The notes: generated by a model not told the origin, from the letters alone. 23,201 nucleotides of DNA from a bacterium (GCA_037446635.1 JBBIIG010000003.1:1-23201); one strand, 5' to 3'; positions 1 to 9,808 are shown, counted from the stretch's first letter. Translations and numbers: made by a program.

Positions 1-241
1 TCCCAATCCCTTTAACCCGACAACCACAATTTCTTACACTCTCCCGAAAACTTCGCTAATCACGATAAAAATATATGACCTGCTTGGGCAGGAAATTGAA
101 ACTCTGTACAGCGGGCAAAAACCGGCCGGAAACCATAGATTGGTTTTTGATGCAAAAAACCTGGCCAGCGGCATGTATATCTGCCGATTGCAGCTCGCCG
201 GGGAGTTTACGAAATCCCGTAAGCTTTTATTGATAAAGTGA
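1..241 (+). CDS. 3' end of a secreted protein: T9SS type-A/FlgD-like C-terminal sorting domain (partial)
   Basis: Frame from nt 2 reads PNPFNPTTTISYTLPKTSLITIKIYDLLGQEIETLYSGQKPAGNHRLVFDAKNLASGMYICRLQLAGEFTKSRKLLLIK, stop TGA 239-241; not in ORF track because the start lies outside the window. Confidence 0.93.
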   Translation, partial: PNPFNPTTTISYTLPKTSLITIKIYDLLGQEIETLYSGQKPAGNHRLVFDAKNLASGMYICRLQLAGEFTKSRKLLLIK

Positions 242-264
242 CATGAAATACAAAGGGATTAACC

Positions 265-1878
265 ATGAAGTATAAAGCCAAATATTCAATAGTGTTTTTG
301 ATACTCGCCCTGACCGATATCCAAGCACAAACTACTTTAGAATGGGTCAGGGAATATACCGGCGATTTTGAATTACAGGACGCCCGTGACATAGCCGTAG
401 ATGAAACGGGTAATGTTTATGTTGGGATTACCAGCTTTGATACCGTTTCGAGTTATGGCTTTACCTTAATAAAATATAGCAGTGATGGAGCGCAGCAATG
501 GGTTCGTAAATATGAAGGAGATTTTGAACCTGGAAAATCTAAATCAAAGGACTATGTACAAGATATTACTGTAGACCATGAGAATAATGTGTACGTGGTC
601 GGCAGGAGTGAATTTTTGCAGACAGAGCCTTATGATGTGCACACAACTTTTGTAACCATAAAGTATAACACCCAGGGGGAACAACGGTGGCTGGCTGAAT
701 TTAAGGTAGACAGTCTGGGGAATGGCTGGTATTGGCCAAATCATATCGGGGTTGATTCCCTTGGTAACGTTTATGTTAATGGTATTTATGGCCCGAACGT
801 CCTTATAAAGTACGACTCTTTAGGAAATGAACTCTGGGTACAAACTATTGAGAGCGGCACATTAGAAGCAGAGTTCAAGTTAGATTATAATAGTATCTAT
901 ATTGGTAGTAATATTTATACAGTTATAAAATATGATAATGCCGGGAATAGAATCTGGGCGGCTCAAAACGATTCCTTAAGCATTGATAACAAGGCGCCAT
1001 CCGATATTGCAGTAGATAGTAAAGGTAACGTCTATGTATCTACCGTGGTTAAAAATAGTATTTATCAGACTGATTTTTTAATCATTAAATTTGATAGTTC
1101 CGGCATTTATGAATGGAGTAATATCTATGGAGGAGAATTATATTACCACTACAGAGCGCCCAAAATTAGTATTGATAGCGACGATTATGTTTACGTCAGT
1201 GGATATGTCTTTGCTGATTTCGCACAGGACGACCAATTTGTAACCATCAAATACGACACTAAAGGAATTGAATTATGGGTTGAAAAATTCGATGGGCCGC
1301 CAAACACCTGGGGGCGAACCTGGGATATGGGAATTGACAATTTAAATAATATTTATGTTATCGGAAAAGTCACGGATTATTCCAGCAATAATGATGATTT
1401 AGCTTTTGTCAAATATGATCCGGATGGAAACCTCCTTTTTGCCGATTATTATAGCGAAAATGGTAGGGATGAAGAAGCCATAAGAATAGCCTTCGATAAG
1501 AATAAGAATGTTTTTATCACAGGTAAAAGCAGGGCTGCAGGAAAAAAAGTTATAACGCTAAAGTATAGCCAAAAACCGGTTTCTGTCGAACAGGATTACA
1601 GGTTAATACCTGACAGTCCCGAATTATACCAGAACTATCCCAATCCCTTTAACCCGACAACCACAATTTCTTACACTCTCCCGAAAACTTCGACAATCAC
1701 CATAAAAATTTATAGCCTGCTCGGACAGGAAATTGAAACCTTGTACAGCGGGCAAAAACCGGCCGGAAACCATAGATTGGTTTTCAATGCAAAAAACCTG
1801 GCCAGCGGCATATATATCTGCCGTTTGCAGGTCGCCGGGGAGTTTACGAAATCCCGTAAGCTCTTAGTGATAAAATAG
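265..1878 (+). CDS. SBBP-repeat beta-propeller secreted protein with T9SS C-terminal domain
   Basis: Signal-peptide-like N-terminus; repeated DIAVDxxGNVYV and TIKYDxxGxxxW motifs; YPNPFNP...SGIYICRL...RKLLVIK C-terminus. Confidence 0.9.
   Translation: MKYKAKYSIVFLILALTDIQAQTTLEWVREYTGDFELQDARDIAVDETGNVYVGITSFDTVSSYGFTLIKYSSDGAQQWVRKYEGDFEPGKSKSKDYVQDITVDHENNVYVVGRSEFLQTEPYDVHTTFVTIKYNTQGEQRWLAEFKVDSLGNGWYWPNHIGVDSLGNVYVNGIYGPNVLIKYDSLGNELWVQTIESGTLEAEFKLDYNSIYIGSNIYTVIKYDNAGNRIWAAQNDSLSIDNKAPSDIAVDSKGNVYVSTVVKNSIYQTDFLIIKFDSSGIYEWSNIYGGELYYHYRAPKISIDSDDYVYVSGYVFADFAQDDQFVTIKYDTKGIELWVEKFDGPPNTWGRTWDMGIDNLNNIYVIGKVTDYSSNNDDLAFVKYDPDGNLLFADYYSENGRDEEAIRIAFDKNKNVFITGKSRAAGKKVITLKYSQKPVSVEQDYRLIPDSPELYQNYPNPFNPTTTISYTLPKTSTITIKIYSLLGQEIETLYSGQKPAGNHRLVFNAKNLASGIYICRLQVAGEFTKSRKLLVIK
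1638..1878 (+). repeat. Direct repeat of 1-241 (duplicated CTD coding sequence, ~92% identical)
   Basis: Manual alignment gives 20 mismatches over 241 nt, no gaps, offset 1637. Confidence 0.95.
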
Positions 1879-2017
1879 ATTCTAATCAAAACTCAAGGGA
1901 GGTGACATGTGGCAGCTTTAAAAGAAAACATCGGTTGAATTGCGAAAGCCAAAGCACGCCTCAAGCAACAGGCCGGGGTTCGTAAGCTTTTAACAATACG
2001 TTAACCGGAGGTTTATC

Positions 2018-3800
2018 ATGAACAAGACGAATGCATTATCCGCAGGCATGACTTTTTTCCTGTTATTTTTCATTTCAGTTAACGTTTCCCGCGCACAGAC
2101 AAACTTCTTTTATTACCAGGGGGAAAAAGTCATACTAAATGTCAAAAACACTCAACTGAGTATCATCTTTTCCGAATCCACTACGAAATCAAATGCCGCT
2201 GATCTATTATCCCGGTATGACATTGCCGGCGAGCTGGAACAGGTAAGGAATGTTGCTCTGCCGGCCTTTTATACGGTTAAATTTGACGAACCGAGAGATA
2301 TCGGCAACACGATCAGCAACCTCAAAAGTGAAGGCGACATTATATGGGCAAATCCTGTTTTTGAGCGTAACGGCACGGAGTTTAAGGTTTACAACCGGTT
2401 TGTGGTAAAATTGACTTCGCTCGTTTCCAGGGAACAAATTGATTCATTGAACCAAAAACACCATGTTAAATTAATCCGAGAAAGCGGCACCGGGCGCTAT
2501 ACTTTTGAGTTGGGCGACCAGGCAGATTTACCGGTTATGGATATGAGCAATCTATATTACAAGGAATTAAATGCCGATTGGGCCATGCCCGATTTTATCG
2601 TTCCTTTTGAATTTTACGGTAACCCAAGTGATTTCTATTTCTCCTATCAATGGAATTACAGCCAGGCTAATGACCACGACATTGACGCACCGGAGGCCTG
2701 GGATATCAGTACCGGCAGTTCCGACATTATTGTAGCCGTGGTGGATAACGGTGTGATGGCCCATCCCGATTTACCTGCTGCACGGATTGTTGAAGGTTAT
2801 GATGCTGTGAATTTACTACCATCTTCGGATCCAGATGCGAATGTTGAACCAAATAAGAACGAAGCGCACGGCATGGCCTGCGCCGGAAAGGACGGCCTAT
2901 TTCGCACCAAACGCTCAATAAACACCGAAGCAGAATGGCAATACTTGGGTTTGGGAGATTTGCAGGTTGTAGAGCCGGGCACATTTGGAGTTATTGATGT
3001 TGTAGTTCTAAATGATACGATAGTAGCAGGTGTTTCGGTTGGTTCGGACCAATTTCAGACGTCTGGTATTTATCGCTCTGTAGATGACGGCAACTCATGG
3101 GCGCCTTCCGATAGCGGATTTGTTGGATCCTCCGGCGTGGTTCTTAAACTTGCCCAGTCGCTTTCAAATCCTCGTATGCTTGCGGCAGGATGTATCTTTG
3201 GACCAAAGGTATATATAAGCAAAAATTTCTGGATATCTTGGATACCAGTATTTAACTTTGCACCGGATGCTGAAGCGGTATTTTCTACCTTAGGTTTTTC
3301 TCCACACCTCCCTAATGAAATTTGGGCCGGCGGGGCTGTGGTTCCTATTTACAGTAATCCCATACTGTTTCGCTCTACGGATTTTGGTGAAAAACGGAAC
3401 GACGTTTTGAACCGACCTCGTGATCCAAATTTATTTGAGAAAGTAAACGATATTGCTTTTGATTCTGAAGACGAACAAACAGTATATGTTTGCATGAACT
3501 ACGTCATTTTAAAAACCACGGATAGCGGTAATAACTGGACGCCCTCTGATACCTTAAGATCACCCCTACACAGTTTGTCGCTAGATCCTTCCGACAACCA
3601 GGAATTCATTGCAGGTGCTCTCGACACCTTATATCACAGCTTAAGATGGTATGCAATCCTGGTCTATGTTGGAAACAACTCCTGAAAGTGTTGACACTGA
3701 TATGAGGACACTTGCTGTGGATTGGCAAAAGCGGATTTTGTATGTCGCTACTTTCAGCGTATTAAGTCCACTAAAGGGAGTGTATAAGCTTTATTTTTAA
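2018..3800 (+). pseudogene. Chimeric gene: N-terminal half of an S8 subtilase fused to a BNR/Asp-box propeller protein; +1 frameshift near 3644
   Basis: Signal peptide, prodomain, IVAVVDNG (Asp) and HGMACAG (His) but no catalytic-Ser motif; then SxDxGxxW Asp-boxes. Removing one A at 3643/3644 restores HSLDGMQSW...LYVATF...KGVYKLYF, stop 3798-3800. Confidence 0.8.
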
Positions 3801-3825
3801 TAAAAATTTCAAGGAGGGGATGACC

Positions 3826-3948
3826 ATGAGGCGCAATCTAAACTCCTTATTTTGGTTGGTATGTATTTGCTTTAATCATTATGTCTTTCCTATCTGCGCA
3901 GAAACAAGAATTTATCCTAATGAGAATATTGAGAAAAAACGCTTATGA
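3826..3948 (+). CDS. 40-aa signal-peptide-like small ORF or gene remnant
   Basis: AAGGAGG RBS at 3811-3817; MRRNLNSLFWLVCICFNHYVFPICAETRIYPNENIEKKRL; its TGA overlaps the next ATG (ATGA at 3945-3948). Confidence 0.4.
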   Translation: MRRNLNSLFWLVCICFNHYVFPICAETRIYPNENIEKKRL

Positions 3949-6170
3949 GACAAAATTTGTTGTTTTATGCCCAAGCCGGGGGAATTTTGTTTTTCTTTTT
4001 GATTGTATTTGACGCCAGAGTTTTTGCCCAGGAAGGCTGGATTTGGCAAAACCCCTTGCCGCAGGGAAATGACCTTAACATAGTGCAATTTGTCGACCGG
4101 CAATATGGATGGATAGTTACGGAGGGCCCGACTTTGATGCGGACAGGCAATGGTGGACAAACCTGGGAAATTTTATACATCGACATATTCCTGGATAAAA
4201 TCCAGTTTCTCAATTCACGTTTGGGTTGGGCAGTTGGTCGTGAAGAATTTGCGAACCCCAATCGACATGTCTATCACACAACCGATGGCGGCCAATCCTG
4301 GCAGCGTCAACTTGAGGGACCTGAACCGGAGTTTGTATTCTCACTCTTTTTTCTTGATTCACTTCGAGGATGGATTTCGGGTTGCTTAAAAATATACCAT
4401 ACCGCGGATGGCGGGAAAACCTGGATAACTCAGGGGGACTCGCTTTTTCGGCCAAACTGCTTAAATGGCGTAACGTTTAAGGATTCTCTTCACGGCTGGG
4501 CTTATGGATTAAGCTGGGGGATTAGAACCGAGGATGGTGGCCAGACCTGGGTTAGCGATGCTGGCAGTCCCCCCGGCCGGAAAATGGTCTTCATTGATTC
4601 CACTCATGGCTGGCTTGCATCCGCTAGGCGACTCAGACGGACAATTGATGGCGGCCGGAACTGGGAGATGCTGCCGGACTTGCTGCCACCACTCAGTGAC
4701 GAGAACATCGAGGATCTGATTGCGCTGGAACGTAATAAGCTACTTTTATCAACGTACAAAGGACTGTATGCCAGTAATGATGGCGGTTTTAGTTGGGAAA
4801 AATACACTGATCAGCCCTTAGGCAAGATGGCGTTTCTAGATTCATTAAATGCATGGGCAGTGGGGCCTGAATTTCCACATGACCCGGCGCAATATCGCAG
4901 TACAGACGGCGGTCGCACCTGGGAAAAGTTAATAAAAAACTTCACTCAGGATAAAAGCGTTTTGTTCAACGATGTGGATTTCGTCAATAGTAACGTAGGT
5001 TGGGCTCTTGGAACGGCTGGACTCTCGCAGTCCCGCTACCTGGCTAAAACTACTGATGGTGGCTCAAACTGGGAAGAATTCCCAACTCCCGGCAATAATA
5101 GGTTACATGCGGTACAATTCTTGGATACGCAACAGGGATGGTTAGTTGGAAATAATGGTAGTGTTTTCTACACCGCTGACGGTGGTTCAACCTGGAAAGA
5201 TCTTTCAATTAACACTTCCGACGATATCGGCACCGTACACTTTTATGATACTAGCCGTGGTTGGGCAATTGGTAGCTCATTTGAGTTAGAAAAAGGAGCA
5301 ATCTGGAAAACGAGCGATGGTGGGCTGAATTGGGTGAATCTCAGCCCGCTAGATATGAAACGAGTTGAAGGGGCAGCGTTTATTGATACCTTATATGTCT
5401 GGATCGTCACAGGAGGCGGGTCTGTTACTGATGCTGGCAGTATCTGGCACACTAATGACGGCGGCCAAAGTTGGGAACGCCAGCTTCCAGACAACCCTTC
5501 TCTCGATTTCCGAGCCATCGCTTTTGCCGACACCAACGTAGGTTGGGCTGTTGGCTTTGATTATCAACAAGGCGGAGTTATTTATGCAACCAATAATGGC
5601 GGTAAAACCTGGGGAGTGCAATCAGTTATAAGTTTCACCCCTCTGGATATAACGGCCTTTAACCAGCAAAGAGCTTTGATCGTCGGTTTTAGCGGTCATA
5701 TCATCGCCACCAGCGACGGCGGACAAACGTGGATCGAACAACGCAGCCCTACCAGCAATTTTCTTGAAGCTGTCGATTTTTTTGATGCGCAAACCGGCTG
5801 GATTGTGGGCTGGCGTTCGACCATCCTGCATACGAAAACCGGTGGGCCAATCGCAGTCGAAGAGAGGCCAACGCTGAGAACACAACCGAAATCGTTTCGC
5901 TTGCTGTCAAATTATCCTAATCCTTTTACATTGAATACGCAGGTTGCTTTTGAGCTTTATCAGAACTCGAGGGCGGTGGATTTAACCTTCTACAATCTTC
6001 TGGGCAGAAAAGTGCGAACCATTTCATCAGTGGCACTCTCACCCGGCCGGCACGCACTGGTGTGGGATGGTCGTGACGATTCTGGCATAGTACTTCCTTC
6101 GGGTATCTATTTCTATCGTTTGCAGGTCGAGCAAGAATGGCAGACCGGAAAAGTTGTTTTAGCGCGGTAG
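3945..6170 (+). CDS. YCF48-related/BNR-repeat double beta-propeller secreted protein with T9SS/FlgD C-terminal domain
   Basis: WIWQNPLPQGNDL N-terminal motif, many FxDxxxGW and TTDGGxTW repeats, NYPNPF...WDGRDDSG...SGIYFYRL...GKVVLAR. Confidence 0.92.
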   Translation: MRQNLLFYAQAGGILFFFLIVFDARVFAQEGWIWQNPLPQGNDLNIVQFVDRQYGWIVTEGPTLMRTGNGGQTWEILYIDIFLDKIQFLNSRLGWAVGREEFANPNRHVYHTTDGGQSWQRQLEGPEPEFVFSLFFLDSLRGWISGCLKIYHTADGGKTWITQGDSLFRPNCLNGVTFKDSLHGWAYGLSWGIRTEDGGQTWVSDAGSPPGRKMVFIDSTHGWLASARRLRRTIDGGRNWEMLPDLLPPLSDENIEDLIALERNKLLLSTYKGLYASNDGGFSWEKYTDQPLGKMAFLDSLNAWAVGPEFPHDPAQYRSTDGGRTWEKLIKNFTQDKSVLFNDVDFVNSNVGWALGTAGLSQSRYLAKTTDGGSNWEEFPTPGNNRLHAVQFLDTQQGWLVGNNGSVFYTADGGSTWKDLSINTSDDIGTVHFYDTSRGWAIGSSFELEKGAIWKTSDGGLNWVNLSPLDMKRVEGAAFIDTLYVWIVTGGGSVTDAGSIWHTNDGGQSWERQLPDNPSLDFRAIAFADTNVGWAVGFDYQQGGVIYATNNGGKTWGVQSVISFTPLDITAFNQQRALIVGFSGHIIATSDGGQTWIEQRSPTSNFLEAVDFFDAQTGWIVGWRSTILHTKTGGPIAVEERPTLRTQPKSFRLLSNYPNPFTLNTQVAFELYQNSRAVDLTFYNLLGRKVRTISSVALSPGRHALVWDGRDDSGIVLPSGIYFYRLQVEQEWQTGKVVLAR

Positions 6171-6202
6171 GTCAATTAATATTTGCAGAAAGGAGTAGTA
6201 AA

Positions 6203-9200
6203 ATGTTGGCGAACAGAAAATCTCTCAACTTAGCGGGCGAAGTTAGAGCATGGGTTCTTCTAATTGTTATGCTTGTGACAGTCAATTCGACCCGGCTTCA
6301 CGCCCAGACTAATCACGTTTATTTTGAGGCTCCGATTATTGTTGAAAATGGGGTTACGCTATCAACCCAAATTACGGTGAACTTTAAAGAGCACGTTTTT
6401 GACCTGGCACCCGCCCAGATTGAGGCAACCATTGCAGATGCGGCACCGGCCTATCCAAATGCAAAAAAGGTATTTCAAGATCTCGAACTGCGTTTTGGCA
6501 GGGTTGTCTTCCAGAAGCAAATTCCGGGCGCCATCTGGGGAGATGTCTGGCGAACAAACAAGGTTACCGGAGAGCTGGTTCGCATTCACGAATGGTCGCA
6601 GCTCTTTTATGTTGTGTTCGAGGATTCCGCGCCGATTGATTCGATCATCACCGTGCTCAAAAAACTTCCAGAAGTGGACTACGCACATGGCCCGATCGGT
6701 GTAATTCGAGATGCGGAGCCTAATGATCCTAAGTACTTGGACGGAACACAATGGAACCTCACCAAAGTGAAAGCCTCATCGGCTTGGGATATCACCCAGG
6801 GCAGCACGGCGTTACGCATCGGCGACGTCGAATTTGATAGCGTCCCCGATCGTAATCATCCGGACTTCTGGACCGGCCCAGGTACAACTGGAACCAGCAA
6901 ATTCGATGGCGGAGATCTCACCGCCAACGACTTTCTTCATGCAACGCAAGTCGCCGGAATTATCGGCGCCGCCACCAATGATGGCGATGGAATTGCCAGT
7001 CTGGGATGGAATTTGATTATAAAGCCCTACAAGTTTACAAGTAATGCAGGTAGTGAAACCACACCAGGAAGCTTGGCAAATGCTATGAGCCGAGCAATAG
7101 ATATTTGTGATGTTATCAATTGCAGCTTTACGTTGATCACGAGCACCATCACTAATTGCGGGGGATGTCAACTTTATGACCCGGCCGGAGCTACTACTTA
7201 TCCTGAAGTGCAAGATGTCTTTGGCGATGCTATAAACCTCGGCATAGTTGTCACCGCTTCCATGGGTAACACGGGCAGTAATCGTATAAAGAATCCTGGC
7301 CACCCGGATTGCCAGACTTGTCCGACCGTGCCATTTACAGCCCATCCCGCCGCTTATGCTGGCGTGATTGGTGTTACCGCCACGGATATTAATGACGACG
7401 TGCCGAATAACTATAATTTCAATGATCCTGATGGGGTTCCGTTTATCGATTTTGCTGGTCCTGGAATTGGTGTTTTGAGCACCAGCCCCGGTGGTAATTA
7501 CTACACCGACAGCGGTTCATCATTTTCTGCACCTCTGGTAGCCGCTTTAGCAGGTTTGATGAAATCAATAAATGCTGGTTTGACGCCCAGTCAGGTTCAG
7601 GACATTCTTCAAAACACATGTGACCCAATTAATGAAACCCCCGCCTATGCTGGCGCAGGCCGTATCAACGCCTACCAGGCGCTGTTGCTCACCCACGCCT
7701 ATTCCAACAAATCTATGGATACCGACGCCACCGCTCACAACTCCGGCCGCCGGTTGGCGCGAGATGGTTCGGGCAATTACCATTTAGTCTTTGGCTCCGG
7801 CGGCGAGATTTTTTACCGTAAATACCAGGGCGGTTCCTGGCAACCACCGCAACGTCTCAGCAGCGGCAACGGCAATAATAAATATCCCTCCATCACCGAG
7901 CGCGGCGGCAATCTCTATGTCGTCTGGCAGCGTTACGATGGCAGCTCGTACGACATTTTCTTCCGCAAAAGCACAAACGGAGGAACGAGTTGGGGCACCG
8001 CGGCTGAAATAAGATCTAATGCCGGCTCGAGCAATCCCTTGCCTGTAATTGTCAGCCCCAAAACCGATGAGATAGTTGTTGTCTATCGCTATGGCCAGAT
8101 TCTGGAATCCAAACGGAGTACCAACAATGGTTCAAGCTGGTTCACCAATGTTATCACTGAGGGAACTTTAAGTTATCCCAGTGTCGCGAAAGTTAATCGG
8201 CAACCCTGGGGTGAGCCCACTACGGCTTTAGTTTATGGCAAGAGCGATACCGATGTTTACTATCGCTACTATGACACCGCAGGCAGCAGTTGGAGCGCAT
8301 CAACCAATTTATCCAGCATCATTCCGGGCACAGCAACGCACCAAACGCCATCGCTATCGTCTGAAGGCGCTGGTTATACTGTTGTGCACGTCGCCTGGCA
8401 CGAGACCTCTGGGAGCGGCCTATATCAGAATAACATCATCTATCGAAAATCCACCGGATACAATTCCTGGAATTCTCAGTACACTCGAATTTATTACCAA
8501 GATCAACGAAGACCTACAATCACTGCGCTTCATTCGTCCAGTGTTGATATTATATTCGAATCGAATTCGGCCCAGCAAGTCGGTAAACAACACTTCAATG
8601 GCTCTTATTGGAGTGGTCCAACCTACATAGGTGGTGGCCAATACCCCTCAGTCTCAACCGGCAGCAACCAAGCCAAATACGTCTGGACAAGTTCCGGCAG
8701 TGCACCCTACACGATTAATATTAGCTCAGAAACCTTAAGCAAAGAAGGTGAAAGCGGCGAGCCGTATTATGAGCGCGTGATCTCATGGCTGGACACGACT
8801 GAGGATCAGAGCCACATCACCGTGCATGTCAAAAATCTGAGCCTGAAAACTTCCAATGGTGAGGCACAAACTCTGCCCTTGCAACCGGTATCACTGGATA
8901 CAATTCCTGATTTTACTCCTGCCAACGCCTTTGATTATCTGGTAGCGACGCCAGCGCTGTTACCGGCGGATGCCGAGAGTCTGGTGGTAGATTTGAGTTT
9001 GTGGACGGAAAATGCCGAAAAAGTTGGATCAGGCGCCAATTCTAAAATAAGTCTGGAGTTCAAGGACGACGATGAACAATCGCTGACAACGATTTCTGGA
9101 CCGGCTTTTAGCGCTTCCGGTTCCATTTCGGAAAAAGCGCTGCGGTTCGCCGTGCCATTAGCAACAGTAAAACAAGCGCTCGGTTCAAAAAGTGTGAAAG

Positions 9201-9610
9201 TGAACGTCCAGATCGAAGGGCTGACCCCCAATTCAACAACGTTCGCAAGCCTGGGTCACATCTACGACTTCAACAAGTCTGTGGAAAATTCCTCGGCAGA
9301 ACAAGAGGTACTGACCAGCAACTCCTTGCCCCAAACAACCTCTCTGATGGGAAGCTATCCCAACCCCTTTAACCCGGAAACAACCATTAAATATCAAATC
9401 GACGATAGCGGACAAGTTCGGCTGAACATTTTCAATTTGCGCGGACAGAGAATCCGCACGCTGGTAGATGAGTTGAGGACGCCGGGAACGTACGAAGCCC
9501 GCTGGGACGGTAAAGATAAAAATGGTCAAGCCGTCGCATCCGGAATTTACGTCATTCAAATTCAAGCCGGAAATGTAATCGACGCAAGAAAAATCACTTT
9601 GCTGAAGTAA
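6203..9610 (+). CDS. S8 subtilisin-like serine peptidase + BNR/propeller region + T9SS/FlgD C-terminal domain
   Basis: AAGGAG RBS before ATG 6203 (preferred over 6137); PNDP..QWNL..AWDIT, HATQVAG, ASMGN, SGSSFSAPLVA, GAGRINAYQAL; STNGGTSW Asp-boxes; YPNPFNP...RKITLLK. Confidence 0.9.
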   Translation: MLANRKSLNLAGEVRAWVLLIVMLVTVNSTRLHAQTNHVYFEAPIIVENGVTLSTQITVNFKEHVFDLAPAQIEATIADAAPAYPNAKKVFQDLELRFGRVVFQKQIPGAIWGDVWRTNKVTGELVRIHEWSQLFYVVFEDSAPIDSIITVLKKLPEVDYAHGPIGVIRDAEPNDPKYLDGTQWNLTKVKASSAWDITQGSTALRIGDVEFDSVPDRNHPDFWTGPGTTGTSKFDGGDLTANDFLHATQVAGIIGAATNDGDGIASLGWNLIIKPYKFTSNAGSETTPGSLANAMSRAIDICDVINCSFTLITSTITNCGGCQLYDPAGATTYPEVQDVFGDAINLGIVVTASMGNTGSNRIKNPGHPDCQTCPTVPFTAHPAAYAGVIGVTATDINDDVPNNYNFNDPDGVPFIDFAGPGIGVLSTSPGGNYYTDSGSSFSAPLVAALAGLMKSINAGLTPSQVQDILQNTCDPINETPAYAGAGRINAYQALLLTHAYSNKSMDTDATAHNSGRRLARDGSGNYHLVFGSGGEIFYRKYQGGSWQPPQRLSSGNGNNKYPSITERGGNLYVVWQRYDGSSYDIFFRKSTNGGTSWGTAAEIRSNAGSSNPLPVIVSPKTDEIVVVYRYGQILESKRSTNNGSSWFTNVITEGTLSYPSVAKVNRQPWGEPTTALVYGKSDTDVYYRYYDTAGSSWSASTNLSSIIPGTATHQTPSLSSEGAGYTVVHVAWHETSGSGLYQNNIIYRKSTGYNSWNSQYTRIYYQDQRRPTITALHSSSVDIIFESNSAQQVGKQHFNGSYWSGPTYIGGGQYPSVSTGSNQAKYVWTSSGSAPYTINISSETLSKEGESGEPYYERVISWLDTTEDQSHITVHVKNLSLKTSNGEAQTLPLQPVSLDTIPDFTPANAFDYLVATPALLPADAESLVVDLSLWTENAEKVGSGANSKISLEFKDDDEQSLTTISGPAFSASGSISEKALRFAVPLATVKQALGSKSVKVNVQIEGLTPNSTTFASLGHIYDFNKSVENSSAEQEVLTSNSLPQTTSLMGSYPNPFNPETTIKYQIDDSGQVRLNIFNLRGQRIRTLVDELRTPGTYEARWDGKDKNGQAVASGIYVIQIQAGNVIDARKITLLK

Positions 9611-9647
9611 TATGAAAGTCAAGTTTAAATCAGTGTTCAGCTATAAC

Positions 9648-9788
9648 ATCCCCCTTCCGCGAAGCCTGCCTGCGCAGGCAGGCGGATCCGCTTTGGCGGA
9701 AAATCCCCCTTTCCGCCGAAGGCGGATCGGCTCAGCCGACAAAGGGGGACTTAAAGGTATCTGCGTTCATCAGCGCAATCTGCGTCCC
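9648..9788. repeat. Cluster of nested REP-like palindromes
   Basis: CCTGCCTGCGCAGGCAGG, TCCGCTTTGGCGGA, TCCGCCGAAGGCGGA and TCGGCTCAGCCGA inside ATCCCCCT-AAATCCCCCTTT..AAAGGGGGACTT, followed by ATCTGCGTTCATCAGCGCAATCTGCGTCCC. Confidence 0.88.
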
Positions 9789-9808
9789 ATTAAATGAAAG
9801 AGCGAGCC

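Noticed and set aside
1..1878. Repeat pair 1-241/1638-1878 as a DGR template/variable region
   Set aside because: Mismatches are not adenine-specific, many are synonymous, both copies are coding CTDs, and no reverse transcriptase is present
6137..6202. ORF-track starts at 6137, 11377, 14177, 19024 and 21789
   Set aside because: They overlap upstream genes or promoters or lack an RBS; better-supported starts are 6203, 11395, 14306, 19057 and 21906
9612..9797. 61-aa ORF between the S8 and oxidoreductase genes
   Set aside because: Mostly translated palindromic repeats (LPAQAG, NPPF, KGGL, ICVHQRNLR); it stays open because the inserts are triplet-sized
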